64,000 bases of DNA from an uncultured Candidatus Cloacimonadota bacterium (GTDB lineage: Bacteria > Cloacimonadota > Cloacimonadia > Cloacimonadales > TCS61): assembly GCA_964604155.1 (NCBI GenBank), contig CAZRXY010000105.1, positions 3,123-67,122 on the forward strand, in the 5' to 3' direction. Every line of letters starts with the position of its first letter. Position 1 is the first letter of the stretch. The notes beneath the pieces are model-generated. The model was not told where the DNA came from. It did not search any database and worked only from the letters and a program-made list of their open reading frames with translations. Made by a program: the position numbers and the translations under genes. This document shows, one piece after another, positions 28,170 through 36,362 of the stretch.

Positions 28170-29468
28170 TTACAGATTTCTGCCGGCAATTTTTGAAATA
28201 ATAAAGGGTGTTTTGCCTCCGGCTGTTTTCTCTAAATGTGTTACTATATTAAAATCAAGCTTCATCTCGTTACCAATCCGTTTGCGTAATCCTGCTTCCA
28301 ACGCTTCCTGTGATGCTTCATTATAGTTATTATCTACAACCACGCGAATCAGAAGATGGTCATACTCATCCTGCACACATTGAGAGATAATCACGCCTTT
28401 TGCCTGATCCACAGAGTGAGACATCACTGCTCCAAGAATTCTGCCATCGGGTGTATATATTGCATCACAATCCTTGCCGAATATTTCTTCCACAACCCTG
28501 AAAGCTCTGCCACAGGCACATTCTGAATTTGACGGCTGCACTCTGTCACGCGTGTCATACCGTATCAAGGGCATCATGTAATTATAAAAATTTGTCCCCA
28601 CCAGCCTCCCTTCTTCAGTTGCAGGCTTCTCGTTATCCTCTACAATTTCCATATAGGCAAAATCTTCGATTAGATGCAGGCTGCCTTTTTCGCATTGGGA
28701 GATCATTGCGCTGCCCTCGTGCATAGAATGAAAATCAAAAACCGGGCAATCATAGAGATCGATCAGCATCTTGCGTTTCTCGCCTGAGAGTTTCTCGCCG
28801 TAAGTAATTATCGAATGAGGAGAAGGTATCTTTATGCCGCTTTCAGCAGCGAAACGGGCAATCATTAGAATATCAAAAGGAAAACCGATAATATTTTTCA
28901 CAGGCTTTTTGATTATCTCTTCGACTAGCCGGAGGGCAGAAGACCTGCTTAACCTGTTTGAATCATAGCGAATTATGTTATAAAGCGGATTTAATTGAAA
29001 ATCTGACTCTTTTAGATAATAGCTTTGAACCATCAGCGTTCTTCTTCGAAGGCGGTATCCCGCCCAATAGAAGCTGCGCAATAAAGCAGCAATTTTATTT
29101 GCCTGCACGGCATCATTCAAAGCAAAATGCAGTGGTGTCCCGGTGGAACCGCTGGTGGAATCCCAGATGATGTTCCTGCTATTTGCCTGATCAGATAAAA
29201 ATTCTTCTGGTCTGGTTCGCACAATTTCCTTATTCAAAAGAGGGATTTTGCACATGTCTTCTCTGCCTCTGAATTTATCAGCTTCAAATCCCATTTTTCT
29301 AAACAGCTTGCGATAATACGGCACATGCTTATCTGCATATTTAATCAATTGCTTCAGGCGTTCATCCTGATATCTTTTTAGGTTCTGCCGATCCCAGTAC
29401 TGTGACCTGTTGTAAAAACTGTGTCTGAATAATACTTGTAGCGGAAGCTGGAAGATTGATTTTTCCAT
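28170..29468 (-). CDS. CapK / phenylacetate-CoA ligase / F390-synthetase family adenylate-forming enzyme
   Basis: DSTSGSTGTPLHF AMP-binding motif; 432 aa. Confidence 0.8.
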   Translation of the reverse strand: MEKSIFQLPLQVLFRHSFYNRSQYWDRQNLKRYQDERLKQLIKYADKHVPYYRKLFRKMGFEADKFRGREDMCKIPLLNKEIVRTRPEEFLSDQANSRNIIWDSTSGSTGTPLHFALNDAVQANKIAALLRSFYWAGYRLRRRTLMVQSYYLKESDFQLNPLYNIIRYDSNRLSRSSALRLVEEIIKKPVKNIIGFPFDILMIARFAAESGIKIPSPHSIITYGEKLSGEKRKMLIDLYDCPVFDFHSMHEGSAMISQCEKGSLHLIEDFAYMEIVEDNEKPATEEGRLVGTNFYNYMMPLIRYDTRDRVQPSNSECACGRAFRVVEEIFGKDCDAIYTPDGRILGAVMSHSVDQAKGVIISQCVQDEYDHLLIRVVVDNNYNEASQEALEAGLRKRIGNEMKLDFNIVTHLEKTAGGKTPFIISKIAGRNL

Positions 29469-29475
29469 ATTTTTT

Positions 29476-30372
29476 TTACGCTCTTGAATTTTCCCACTTT
29501 TCTATCAGCCGGCTTCGTCTGATTATTAATTCTGCTCTTTTCAGCATTGGCGGACCAATAAAGCGATCATCCAGCACTGCTACCCCTCTTTCTTCAGTTT
29601 CGGCAATTTTTGTTAATCTGATGATCTCTATTGCTTCTGAAACCTCTGAATTTGAGGGCGTGAAATATCTGTGCACAAGCTCAATCTCTTTGGGGTGCAA
29701 AACCAGCATCCCTTCAAATCCCAGATTTTTTGCTAATTGCAGATTTGCTTCCAAATCATCAAGATCATGAACATTCACATGAACAGTATCTATGGGAATA
29801 ATGGAATTTGATCTTGCCGTTATCGCTATTTTTGCCCGGGGATACAAAAGACTTTCACCTCTTACGTCATGGATACCCTGCAAATCTGTAATAAAATCTT
29901 CACACCCGAAGGCTATTGCTATTATCCGCCGGGAAGTACTACATATTTCATCTAAATGTACTAAAGCCGAACAGGTCTCTATTATTGGTATCAGCTTGAG
30001 TTCATTTGGTTTTTTCTTGTTTTTCTGCTCTGCTACCTGCAGCAATCTATCAATAAACCTAATATCATCGCAATTAAAGGCTTTGGGAAATAAAAATCCT
30101 GTAACAGGCAACTGGCTGAAAACCCTGACTTCGTCCTGTAATAATTTGCTATTCCGGTCATTTAAACGGATAAACAGCAAATGGCGGTGAAATATTCCTT
30201 CTTTGATCAATTGGCTGCAAAGCTGTCTTGCTTTTATCTTGTTCTCTGCCGGTACTACGGAATCCTCCAGATCAAGTATGAGTGCGTCTGATCTTGTGAT
30301 TGCCGCTTTTCGCAGAAGCTTTTCCCTGTGCCCTGGCACAAAGAGTAGTGACCGTAACACAAAATCAATCAC
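29476..30372 (-). CDS. HpcH/HpaI aldolase - citrate lyase beta (CitE)-like acyl-CoA lyase
   Basis: RSLLFVPGHREKLLRKA...DALILDLEDSV...AIAFGCEDF. Confidence 0.8.
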   Translation of the reverse strand: MIDFVLRSLLFVPGHREKLLRKAAITRSDALILDLEDSVVPAENKIKARQLCSQLIKEGIFHRHLLFIRLNDRNSKLLQDEVRVFSQLPVTGFLFPKAFNCDDIRFIDRLLQVAEQKNKKKPNELKLIPIIETCSALVHLDEICSTSRRIIAIAFGCEDFITDLQGIHDVRGESLLYPRAKIAITARSNSIIPIDTVHVNVHDLDDLEANLQLAKNLGFEGMLVLHPKEIELVHRYFTPSNSEVSEAIEIIRLTKIAETEERGVAVLDDRFIGPPMLKRAELIIRRSRLIEKWENSRA

Positions 30373-30829
30373 TGCTCATTCTCGCTGGTATCAGAACATT
30401 TCTGATTAAGGTTAATACAAGCTGATTTCTTTGATTATAGGCAGAAGTTCTGACCCTGATTATTCCCCGATCCGGTTTTGAGCGTGACTTTTTTATATTC
30501 AGTATTTCTGATTCCACGCGGATAGTATCACCAATATAAACCGGAGCTGCATGATGCACTTTTTCATAATCAAGATTTGCTATTGCCTTACCACTGATAT
30601 CTCTCACCGTGAGCCCCACAGACAGCGAAAATACAAGAGTCCCCACCACAACACGCCTGCCGAATTCTGTTTTCTCTGCATAATTGCTATTTAGATGCAG
30701 CGGGTGATGATTCATCGTTAACAGGCAGAACAGGTTGTTATCACTTTCTGTGATAGTTTTTGCCGGTTCATGAATTATCACTTCTCCTGCTTGAAATTCT
30801 TCCAGGTATCTGCCAAATGATGATCCCAT
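30365..30829 (-). CDS. MaoC-like (hot-dog fold) enoyl-CoA hydratase/dehydratase
   Basis: ITESDNNLFCLLTMNHHPLHLNSNYA...FGRRVVVG. First gene of the operon. Confidence 0.8.
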   Translation of the reverse strand: MGSSFGRYLEEFQAGEVIIHEPAKTITESDNNLFCLLTMNHHPLHLNSNYAEKTEFGRRVVVGTLVFSLSVGLTVRDISGKAIANLDYEKVHHAAPVYIGDTIRVESEILNIKKSRSKPDRGIIRVRTSAYNQRNQLVLTLIRNVLIPARMSSD

Positions 30830-30925
30830 TTTCCTTACTCCTTTTTTTAATTTTCGCGCAATCTCACTGCCGTTACACGTAATTCCTTACTGCAGGCAAC
30901 TGGATTGATTGTATATTAATTTATC

Positions 30926-30966
30926 TGTCAAGCAAAATTATTCTCCTGGCATACCCCCGAAATTTA
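30926..30966 (-). promoter_or_regulatory. TTGACA box (30926-30931) plus conserved motif TAAATTTCGGGGGTATGCCAG (30946-30966) in front of the MaoC...glycan operon
   Basis: Second copy of the motif, in the same arrangement as at 20627-20666. Confidence 0.45.
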
Positions 30967-30981
30967 ATTGTAAGGTTGTAA

Positions 30982-31114
30982 TATTGAACTTATGAAATTA
31001 TTGGTCGTCACCATTGCGAAGGACTAAAGACCATTAGCACGGTAACTTAGATTAAAGAAGTGTCCTCATCCAAAACCTTGCGAATGGTCGCCAGACCTTC
31101 ACAATGGTTGACCT
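30982..31114. repeat. 42-bp repeat (30982-31023) plus an inverted copy of the TTGCGAA/TTCGCAA palindrome unit (31077-31114); together a ~110-bp imperfect palindrome
   Basis: 31077-31114 (CCTTGCGAATGGTCGCCAGACCTTCACAATGGTTGACC) is the reverse complement of 20703-20742, apart from a few changes. Confidence 0.75.
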
Positions 31115-31291
31115 TGAGAACAATCTTTATCTCACATAATATAAATCATTTAACAATACCAAAAATTATAAAATCGGGGGGATGCCTGTATTTATTCTCA
31201 CTCTGGCAACTTCCCGATTTTTTTTATTTGGCTAAAAAAATTATCCTGCAGGGGTGATGGGATAATTGTGAATTTTGGATTTTGAATGATT

Positions 31292-31362
31292 AGCCCCGGG
31301 ATTTTAGCTCGGAGATTGGGATGTCTCTCTGAAAAGGGATTTATCACAGGATAAAGTTTGAT
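31292..31362 (+). repeat. ~70-bp interspersed element, copy 2 (degenerate hairpin)
   Basis: AGCCCCGGGATTTTAGCTCGGAGATTGGGATGTCTCTCTGAAAAGGGATTTATCACAGGATAAAGTTTGAT aligns with 21122-21191. Confidence 0.7.
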
Positions 31363-31371
31363 TTCTGATTT

Positions 31372-31425
31372 GGGGTTAAAACCCCCACTATTTGGGTTAT
31401 TAGATCCACGAGTTAATACTCATGG
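31372..31425. repeat. Hairpin pair: GGGGTTAAAACCCCC and CCACGAGTTAATACTCATGG
   Basis: Same order as at 20937-20991. The second hairpin is decayed. Confidence 0.7.
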
Positions 31426-31602
31426 CTATTCATTTATATAGCAGGCTGAAAATTATGGCTATTTCTCAGTTTCAGCCCAGCAGCCGCTTATATGTATTCT
31501 GCGAAGTATTAGAGTTATCTTACGGTTATACAATGGAGAGGTATATATGAATGAATAAAGGAAAAGAAAGAGATGGTATTTAAAAAATATTACAAATATT
31601 TC

Positions 31603-31608
31603 TTGACA
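31603..31608 (+). promoter_or_regulatory. TTGACA -35-like box upstream of the beta-helix protein gene
   Basis: An exact TTGACA lies 108 nt upstream of the ATG at 31716. The -10 is unclear. Confidence 0.3.
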
Positions 31609-31715
31609 GGAAAATGGCAAGTGTCCCTTGTTAGAGTCGGACGTGGGACGAGTGATATTCAGTGGTTTGTAATGAGGTATCTTCTGTTAGTGAATGTCCC
31701 TGTATTGGAGGAATA

Positions 31716-34010
31716 ATGAAAAAAGGACGACTTATTTTAGCAGTTTTATTATTATTCAGTCTTTGTCTGTTTTCAAACGTCACCAGGCAAAGCGTAATTG
31801 TACCCGAAGAAGTAGAAACCATCCAGGGGGCAATAGATCTTGCGGTGAGTGGAGATGTTATAATTGTTTTACCTGGGACCTATACTGAAAATATCGATTT
31901 TATGGGTAAAGAGCTTGTTGTTGGTTCATTGTATTATACCACACAGGACACAAGTTACATATCGCAGACGGTAATCGATGGTGGTCAAAACGGAAGCGTA
32001 GTGACATTTAACAGTGGAGAGGGCGGCAATTCCGTATTATCGGGATTTACAATAACAAACGGGGTAACTTCAGCGGATGGTGGCGGAATATACTGTGGCG
32101 ATAATACAAGTCCTTTGCTTGATAATCTGAGAGTTATCAATAATCAGGCGAGTAATGGTGGTGGTTTATTTTTTGGCACGAATTCTTCGATAAGTATTAT
32201 TTCGACATTGATCAGTGATAATAATGCTACATATCAGGGTGGTGGGGCATATTTGTATTATTGCGATCTCATTATGAATGATGTTGTGCTGGAAAATAAT
32301 GAATGTGTTTATACGGGAGGAGGTATGTCAATCACATCCTCCGAAATAGTCATGGAAAATGTATCAGTGATAAATAATACTGCTTCCGGGTCATACGGTT
32401 CAGGGGGAGGATTATTTAATTACTGGGAATCAGTGATCGACTTGGATTCCTGCCTATTCGAAGGTAATTTTGCCGTCACAGGAGGCGGAATTTGTTGTGA
32501 TGAAATGACAGCATTATATCTAGAGAATACTTTAATCAAAGAGAATGAAGCATCATACTCTGGAGGTGGAATTTTCTTTGGCTGGGGCTTGGAATTATCC
32601 ATAGTTAATTCAGAAATAGATAATAATACGGCAGGAACAAATGGGGGGGGGCTTTTTTTAAGTGGATTTGATCAGGATTTGAATAAGGTGCTGATAACTA
32701 ATAATACTGCGGGATCAAAAGGTGGAGGGATTTTTATTAATGGCTGGTCTAATGTTGATCTTTTAAATACTACTATCGTGGATAATACAGCCGAAGAAAA
32801 TGGAGGAGGAATCTACGCTGATTACAATTATAATTATGCAAGACTAATCAACTCCGTCTTATGGGACAACTTACCACAAGCTTTGTATCTGAATTATTCA
32901 GGGAATACGTTTCCAACTGAAGTAACAGTAGCTTATAGCAATTTTGAAGGTGGCTATGATGCAATAGGCGTTTCCAGTTATGATAATGTGATCATCAACT
33001 GGCTGGAGGGTAACATAGATGAAGAACCGGGATTTATTGATCAGGTTGGTGGAAATTATCAGTTATTGAGCAATTCGCCGTGCATTGATAGTGGAACAGC
33101 TTACTTTGAATATAACGAAGAAGTTTTACTAAATCTTGAGGCAGAAGAATATGAGGGAGAGGCGCCGGATATGGGTGCCTATGAATTCTCAGGTGTCAAA
33201 TATGGAGATATAAATAATGATGGGGCGATTGATAGTTACGATGCCTCACTCCTTTTGATGTACGTAATTGGCATGGATCCTTTGGAGGATGATCCAGTCC
33301 CATGGGAAGAATGGAGGGTCGAACGTGCTGATGTCAATCTGGATGGTGAAATAGAAGCTTTGGATGCAGCACTCGTACTTCAAAATGCTGTAGGGCTTAT
33401 AGAATTACCTGTGCGGGGCGGTATCAGAGGAAGCAGCGAAATCACAATATCCAGTGACGAACAGTATATTTATCTGAACAGCGATTATGAATTGATCAGC
33501 TTTGAATATACTATCAGCGAATATAGTAATCTGGAATTCAGAGCTGGAGAGGTTAATTACGATAATTGTTTATATTTACAGAAAGGTGATAGAATGGCGA
33601 TAATATCTGCAGAAGGGTTATCCGGAAATTTAGTGCAGATTCCTTATACAAGAACAGGCGCTTATATAGATAGTTACGTTACTTTTAATGTCATCAGTAA
33701 TGGCTGGCATGAGCAAATTACATATCTGCTCAATGGTGAAACTCCTTCTATCAGCAGGATTAGCGCAGTCTATCCAAATCCTTTCAATCCGGAGACGACG
33801 ATCGAGTATCAATTAGCCCAGCCTGGTAAAACCAGTATTGAGGTCTATAATATCAAGGGACAAAAAATAGAGACGCTATTCAACGAAGAGCAGGATGCAG
33901 GAAATTACAATTTCAGATGGAATGCAGATGGACAGAGCAGTGGAGTCTATTTTGTCCGTGTGAAAAATGGCTCCTTTGAAGGCAGAGAAAAAATTATTCT
34001 TCTGAAATAG
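31716..34010 (+). CDS. Secreted parallel beta-helix protein (Pmp-like GGG(I/L/A) repeats) with a canonical dockerin module and a T9SS-type C-terminal domain
   Basis: Start at ATG 31716 (GGAGGA RBS; MKKGRLILAVLLLFSLCLFS signal peptide). About 10 repeats of N..A..GGG(I/L) type. Dockerin GDINNDGAIDSYDASLLLMYVIG...ADVNLDGEIEALDAALVLQNAVG. Tail VYPNPFNPETTIEYQL...GVYFVRV...KIILLK. Confidence 0.9.
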   Translation: MKKGRLILAVLLLFSLCLFSNVTRQSVIVPEEVETIQGAIDLAVSGDVIIVLPGTYTENIDFMGKELVVGSLYYTTQDTSYISQTVIDGGQNGSVVTFNSGEGGNSVLSGFTITNGVTSADGGGIYCGDNTSPLLDNLRVINNQASNGGGLFFGTNSSISIISTLISDNNATYQGGGAYLYYCDLIMNDVVLENNECVYTGGGMSITSSEIVMENVSVINNTASGSYGSGGGLFNYWESVIDLDSCLFEGNFAVTGGGICCDEMTALYLENTLIKENEASYSGGGIFFGWGLELSIVNSEIDNNTAGTNGGGLFLSGFDQDLNKVLITNNTAGSKGGGIFINGWSNVDLLNTTIVDNTAEENGGGIYADYNYNYARLINSVLWDNLPQALYLNYSGNTFPTEVTVAYSNFEGGYDAIGVSSYDNVIINWLEGNIDEEPGFIDQVGGNYQLLSNSPCIDSGTAYFEYNEEVLLNLEAEEYEGEAPDMGAYEFSGVKYGDINNDGAIDSYDASLLLMYVIGMDPLEDDPVPWEEWRVERADVNLDGEIEALDAALVLQNAVGLIELPVRGGIRGSSEITISSDEQYIYLNSDYELISFEYTISEYSNLEFRAGEVNYDNCLYLQKGDRMAIISAEGLSGNLVQIPYTRTGAYIDSYVTFNVISNGWHEQITYLLNGETPSISRISAVYPNPFNPETTIEYQLAQPGKTSIEVYNIKGQKIETLFNEEQDAGNYNFRWNADGQSSGVYFVRVKNGSFEGREKIILLK

Positions 34011-34063
34011 AAAAAATATTCGAACTGGCAGGAGGAAGGCAGGTTTTTAACTTTGGATGAATT

Positions 34064-34127
34064 ACCCGGGGCTTTTAGCTTGGTGATTGGGGTGTGTTTC
34101 TCTGAGAAGGGATTTATACCAGGGTAA
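34064..34127 (+). repeat. ~65-bp interspersed element, copy 3
   Basis: ACCCGGGGCTTTTAGCTTGGTGATTGGGGTGTGTTTCTCTGAGAAGGGATTTATACCAGGGTAA aligns with copies 1 and 2. Confidence 0.65.
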
Positions 34128-34136
34128 CGCTAGAGA

Positions 34137-35351
34137 TCAGGTTATAGATTCAGGGCATATTTTGTGGTAAAAATCTATGAGTTTTTTTCCGGCGGTGGTG
34201 GTGTTGTAGTATTTTTTCACAGCGGTTCTGGCATTTGCAGCCATTGAGGAAAACAGCTTTTTTTGGTTGAAAGCAATCTGTATTACGTCGGCAAAGTGAC
34301 TGGCGTTTCCGGCTTCAAACACATATCCGCACTGGTGATTATTAATAATTTCTTCCTGAGGTCGGCAATTGCTTACAATCACAGGTTTCTGGAAGTACAT
34401 GTACTGGAAAATTTTATTAGCGACGCCGGATTCGTGCTGTTCATTTTTTTTTATGGGAGAGACAGCGATATCGATATTTTTTATAAGTGAGGCAAAATCT
34501 TTGAATTCCAGCCAGGGGATGTGAGTAACATTCTCGGAGTAGCTATTGATACAATTTTGGAACTTTTTTTTATCGGCATTATCAACGGGTCCCACGAACA
34601 GAAAGTGCAGGTTCGGGATATTTTTTCGTGCAATATCCAGAGCCATAAAGCAATCAAAAATACCTCGGCGTTCGGCGATAACGCCAAAATACAGGAGAGT
34701 GAATTTGCCTTTGGGATCAAAAATGGTTTTATCATCAAATAGAGCATCGAGCTGTTTAAGATCGGGAACATTGGGATATATGCAGAATTTTTCTATATTC
34801 ATCAAATTCTGGTATTCCTCAGCGAGTGATTGGGCAAAATGATCACTGAGAGTGATAATCCCTTTTGCCTGGCGTAAAATTTTGCGTTCCTTATTTTTCC
34901 AGCGAGCTTTACTGAGAAGACAATTAAGCGGGAAGAACCGAGACCAGTTATATGAAACTACAGTGGCGGGATAATTTTCGTGCAAATCGACAACATAATC
35001 CACATCCTGGTGTCTGGCTGGCAAACCCATATAGAGATCATGGACATGGAGAATATCTATATCCATAGAGCGGACAAATTTTTTGATGATAAAATGCCAG
35101 ATAACAGAATAGAGATCAAGAGCAGTACCCGAGAATGGTCTTAATTTTTTAACAACCCATTTTTTGCAGGGAATCTGATAGACAGAAAAATATTCAAAAT
35201 TTTTTATCTTGGTTTTTCTCGAGTGATAATCCAGAGCCAGGACGAACACCTGATTGCCTGCTGCTCCGAGAATTCTGGCTTCATTTTCTACTCTTTGATC
35301 CGGCAGTTCCTTATCCAGCACCATACCGATACGAAGTTTATTATTTATCAT
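34137..35351 (-). CDS. Family 4 (GT-B) glycosyltransferase
   Basis: 404 aa with C-terminal E..G....E-type motifs (HESGVANKIFQYM). Typical group-1 GT layout. Confidence 0.75.
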   Translation of the reverse strand: MINNKLRIGMVLDKELPDQRVENEARILGAAGNQVFVLALDYHSRKTKIKNFEYFSVYQIPCKKWVVKKLRPFSGTALDLYSVIWHFIIKKFVRSMDIDILHVHDLYMGLPARHQDVDYVVDLHENYPATVVSYNWSRFFPLNCLLSKARWKNKERKILRQAKGIITLSDHFAQSLAEEYQNLMNIEKFCIYPNVPDLKQLDALFDDKTIFDPKGKFTLLYFGVIAERRGIFDCFMALDIARKNIPNLHFLFVGPVDNADKKKFQNCINSYSENVTHIPWLEFKDFASLIKNIDIAVSPIKKNEQHESGVANKIFQYMYFQKPVIVSNCRPQEEIINNHQCGYVFEAGNASHFADVIQIAFNQKKLFSSMAANARTAVKKYYNTTTAGKKLIDFYHKICPESIT

Positions 35352-35366
35352 CTAATCATCCGGTTA

Positions 35367-36362
35367 TCAGAGTCTATTGATTTTTTTCAGAGCTTTATAT
35401 TTATGAATGTACATTTTCACGGCATTAGAGAGGTTATCCTGAGAATGGAATTTATGAGCATAATACTGAAAAATGTTATCGTCGGTAATTCTGTGAAGTA
35501 ATTTCATTTGGGCAATATGCAATCTGTGGTAGAGGATAGTGGCGGGGTCTATCCGGGGATACCATTCAGCCTGGCAGAGATTGTATCTGCTCCAAAAGCC
35601 CAAGTCATAGGAAGGTAGAATATTTTTGAGAGTCCGGATACCCCGGGAGAAGATATCGTGAGCAGATTTATGCTGCGGGAAGACACGGATATAATCATAA
35701 ACACCCAGAAGTGAAAAAATCATACCGTTAAGCACGAGAGTCGGGATACTTGCCGTGTATTCTTCATAGAAGGCACCAAAATCTGTAAAACTGGTAACAC
35801 CGCCTTCAGATACAGGCAAGGAGAAAGGGATGAGGGCAAGTTCTGCCAGGTCTGCCCAGTCTTTATTATTCGTGATCTGATAGCCGCGCAGCAGGATATT
35901 GACAGCTCTTGCCTGGGAGAAGGCAGATTGCCAGGGGTCTTGATTTCTATATTGTGGAAGCGGCACTTTTGTCAGCCAGCGGGCGCCGTATTTATGGCTT
36001 TCTTCAGCATTAGTTTCAAACCAGCGGGGGAAATTAAGAAAGCGGTTTTTATCAAAATCGCTATTTGAATCCAGCCAGGTATGAAAAACAGCCAAGCCCA
36101 TCTGCCCTATTGTGATGGGGAAATATACATAATCCTGGTCTTCCACATCAATATAGGTGGCATTGAGGGGAATACCCTCATCATCAAATTTCTTCAATAG
36201 CTTCTGGTCTTTGCCGCCGGCGATTCGATCTTCGCGGAACAAAAAATAGTAATTATCAAGTTTGGTTGAACTCAGGTTTTGGGCGATTTGATAATTTGTG
36301 GGAGGTGTTCGGAGGTCATGAGCAAATTTTTTTAGCATAAACAGAGATTTTTTTGTATTCAT
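35367..36362 (-). CDS. D-glucuronyl C5-epimerase C-terminal-domain-like protein
   Basis: PITIGQMGLAVFHTWL...WQSAFSQARAVNILLRGYQITNNKDWADLAELALIPFSLPVSEGGV resembles the W.SAM.QG.A.S.L.RAY...GG core of the C5-epimerase family. Confidence 0.6.
   Translation of the reverse strand: MNTKKSLFMLKKFAHDLRTPPTNYQIAQNLSSTKLDNYYFLFREDRIAGGKDQKLLKKFDDEGIPLNATYIDVEDQDYVYFPITIGQMGLAVFHTWLDSNSDFDKNRFLNFPRWFETNAEESHKYGARWLTKVPLPQYRNQDPWQSAFSQARAVNILLRGYQITNNKDWADLAELALIPFSLPVSEGGVTSFTDFGAFYEEYTASIPTLVLNGMIFSLLGVYDYIRVFPQHKSAHDIFSRGIRTLKNILPSYDLGFWSRYNLCQAEWYPRIDPATILYHRLHIAQMKLLHRITDDNIFQYYAHKFHSQDNLSNAVKMYIHKYKALKKINRL

Noticed and set aside
31060-31257. 65-aa ORF in the 30.8-31.7 kb gap.
   Set aside because: It spans the inverted repeat copies, and has no RBS and an implausible composition. 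It is better explained as non-coding repeat DNA.
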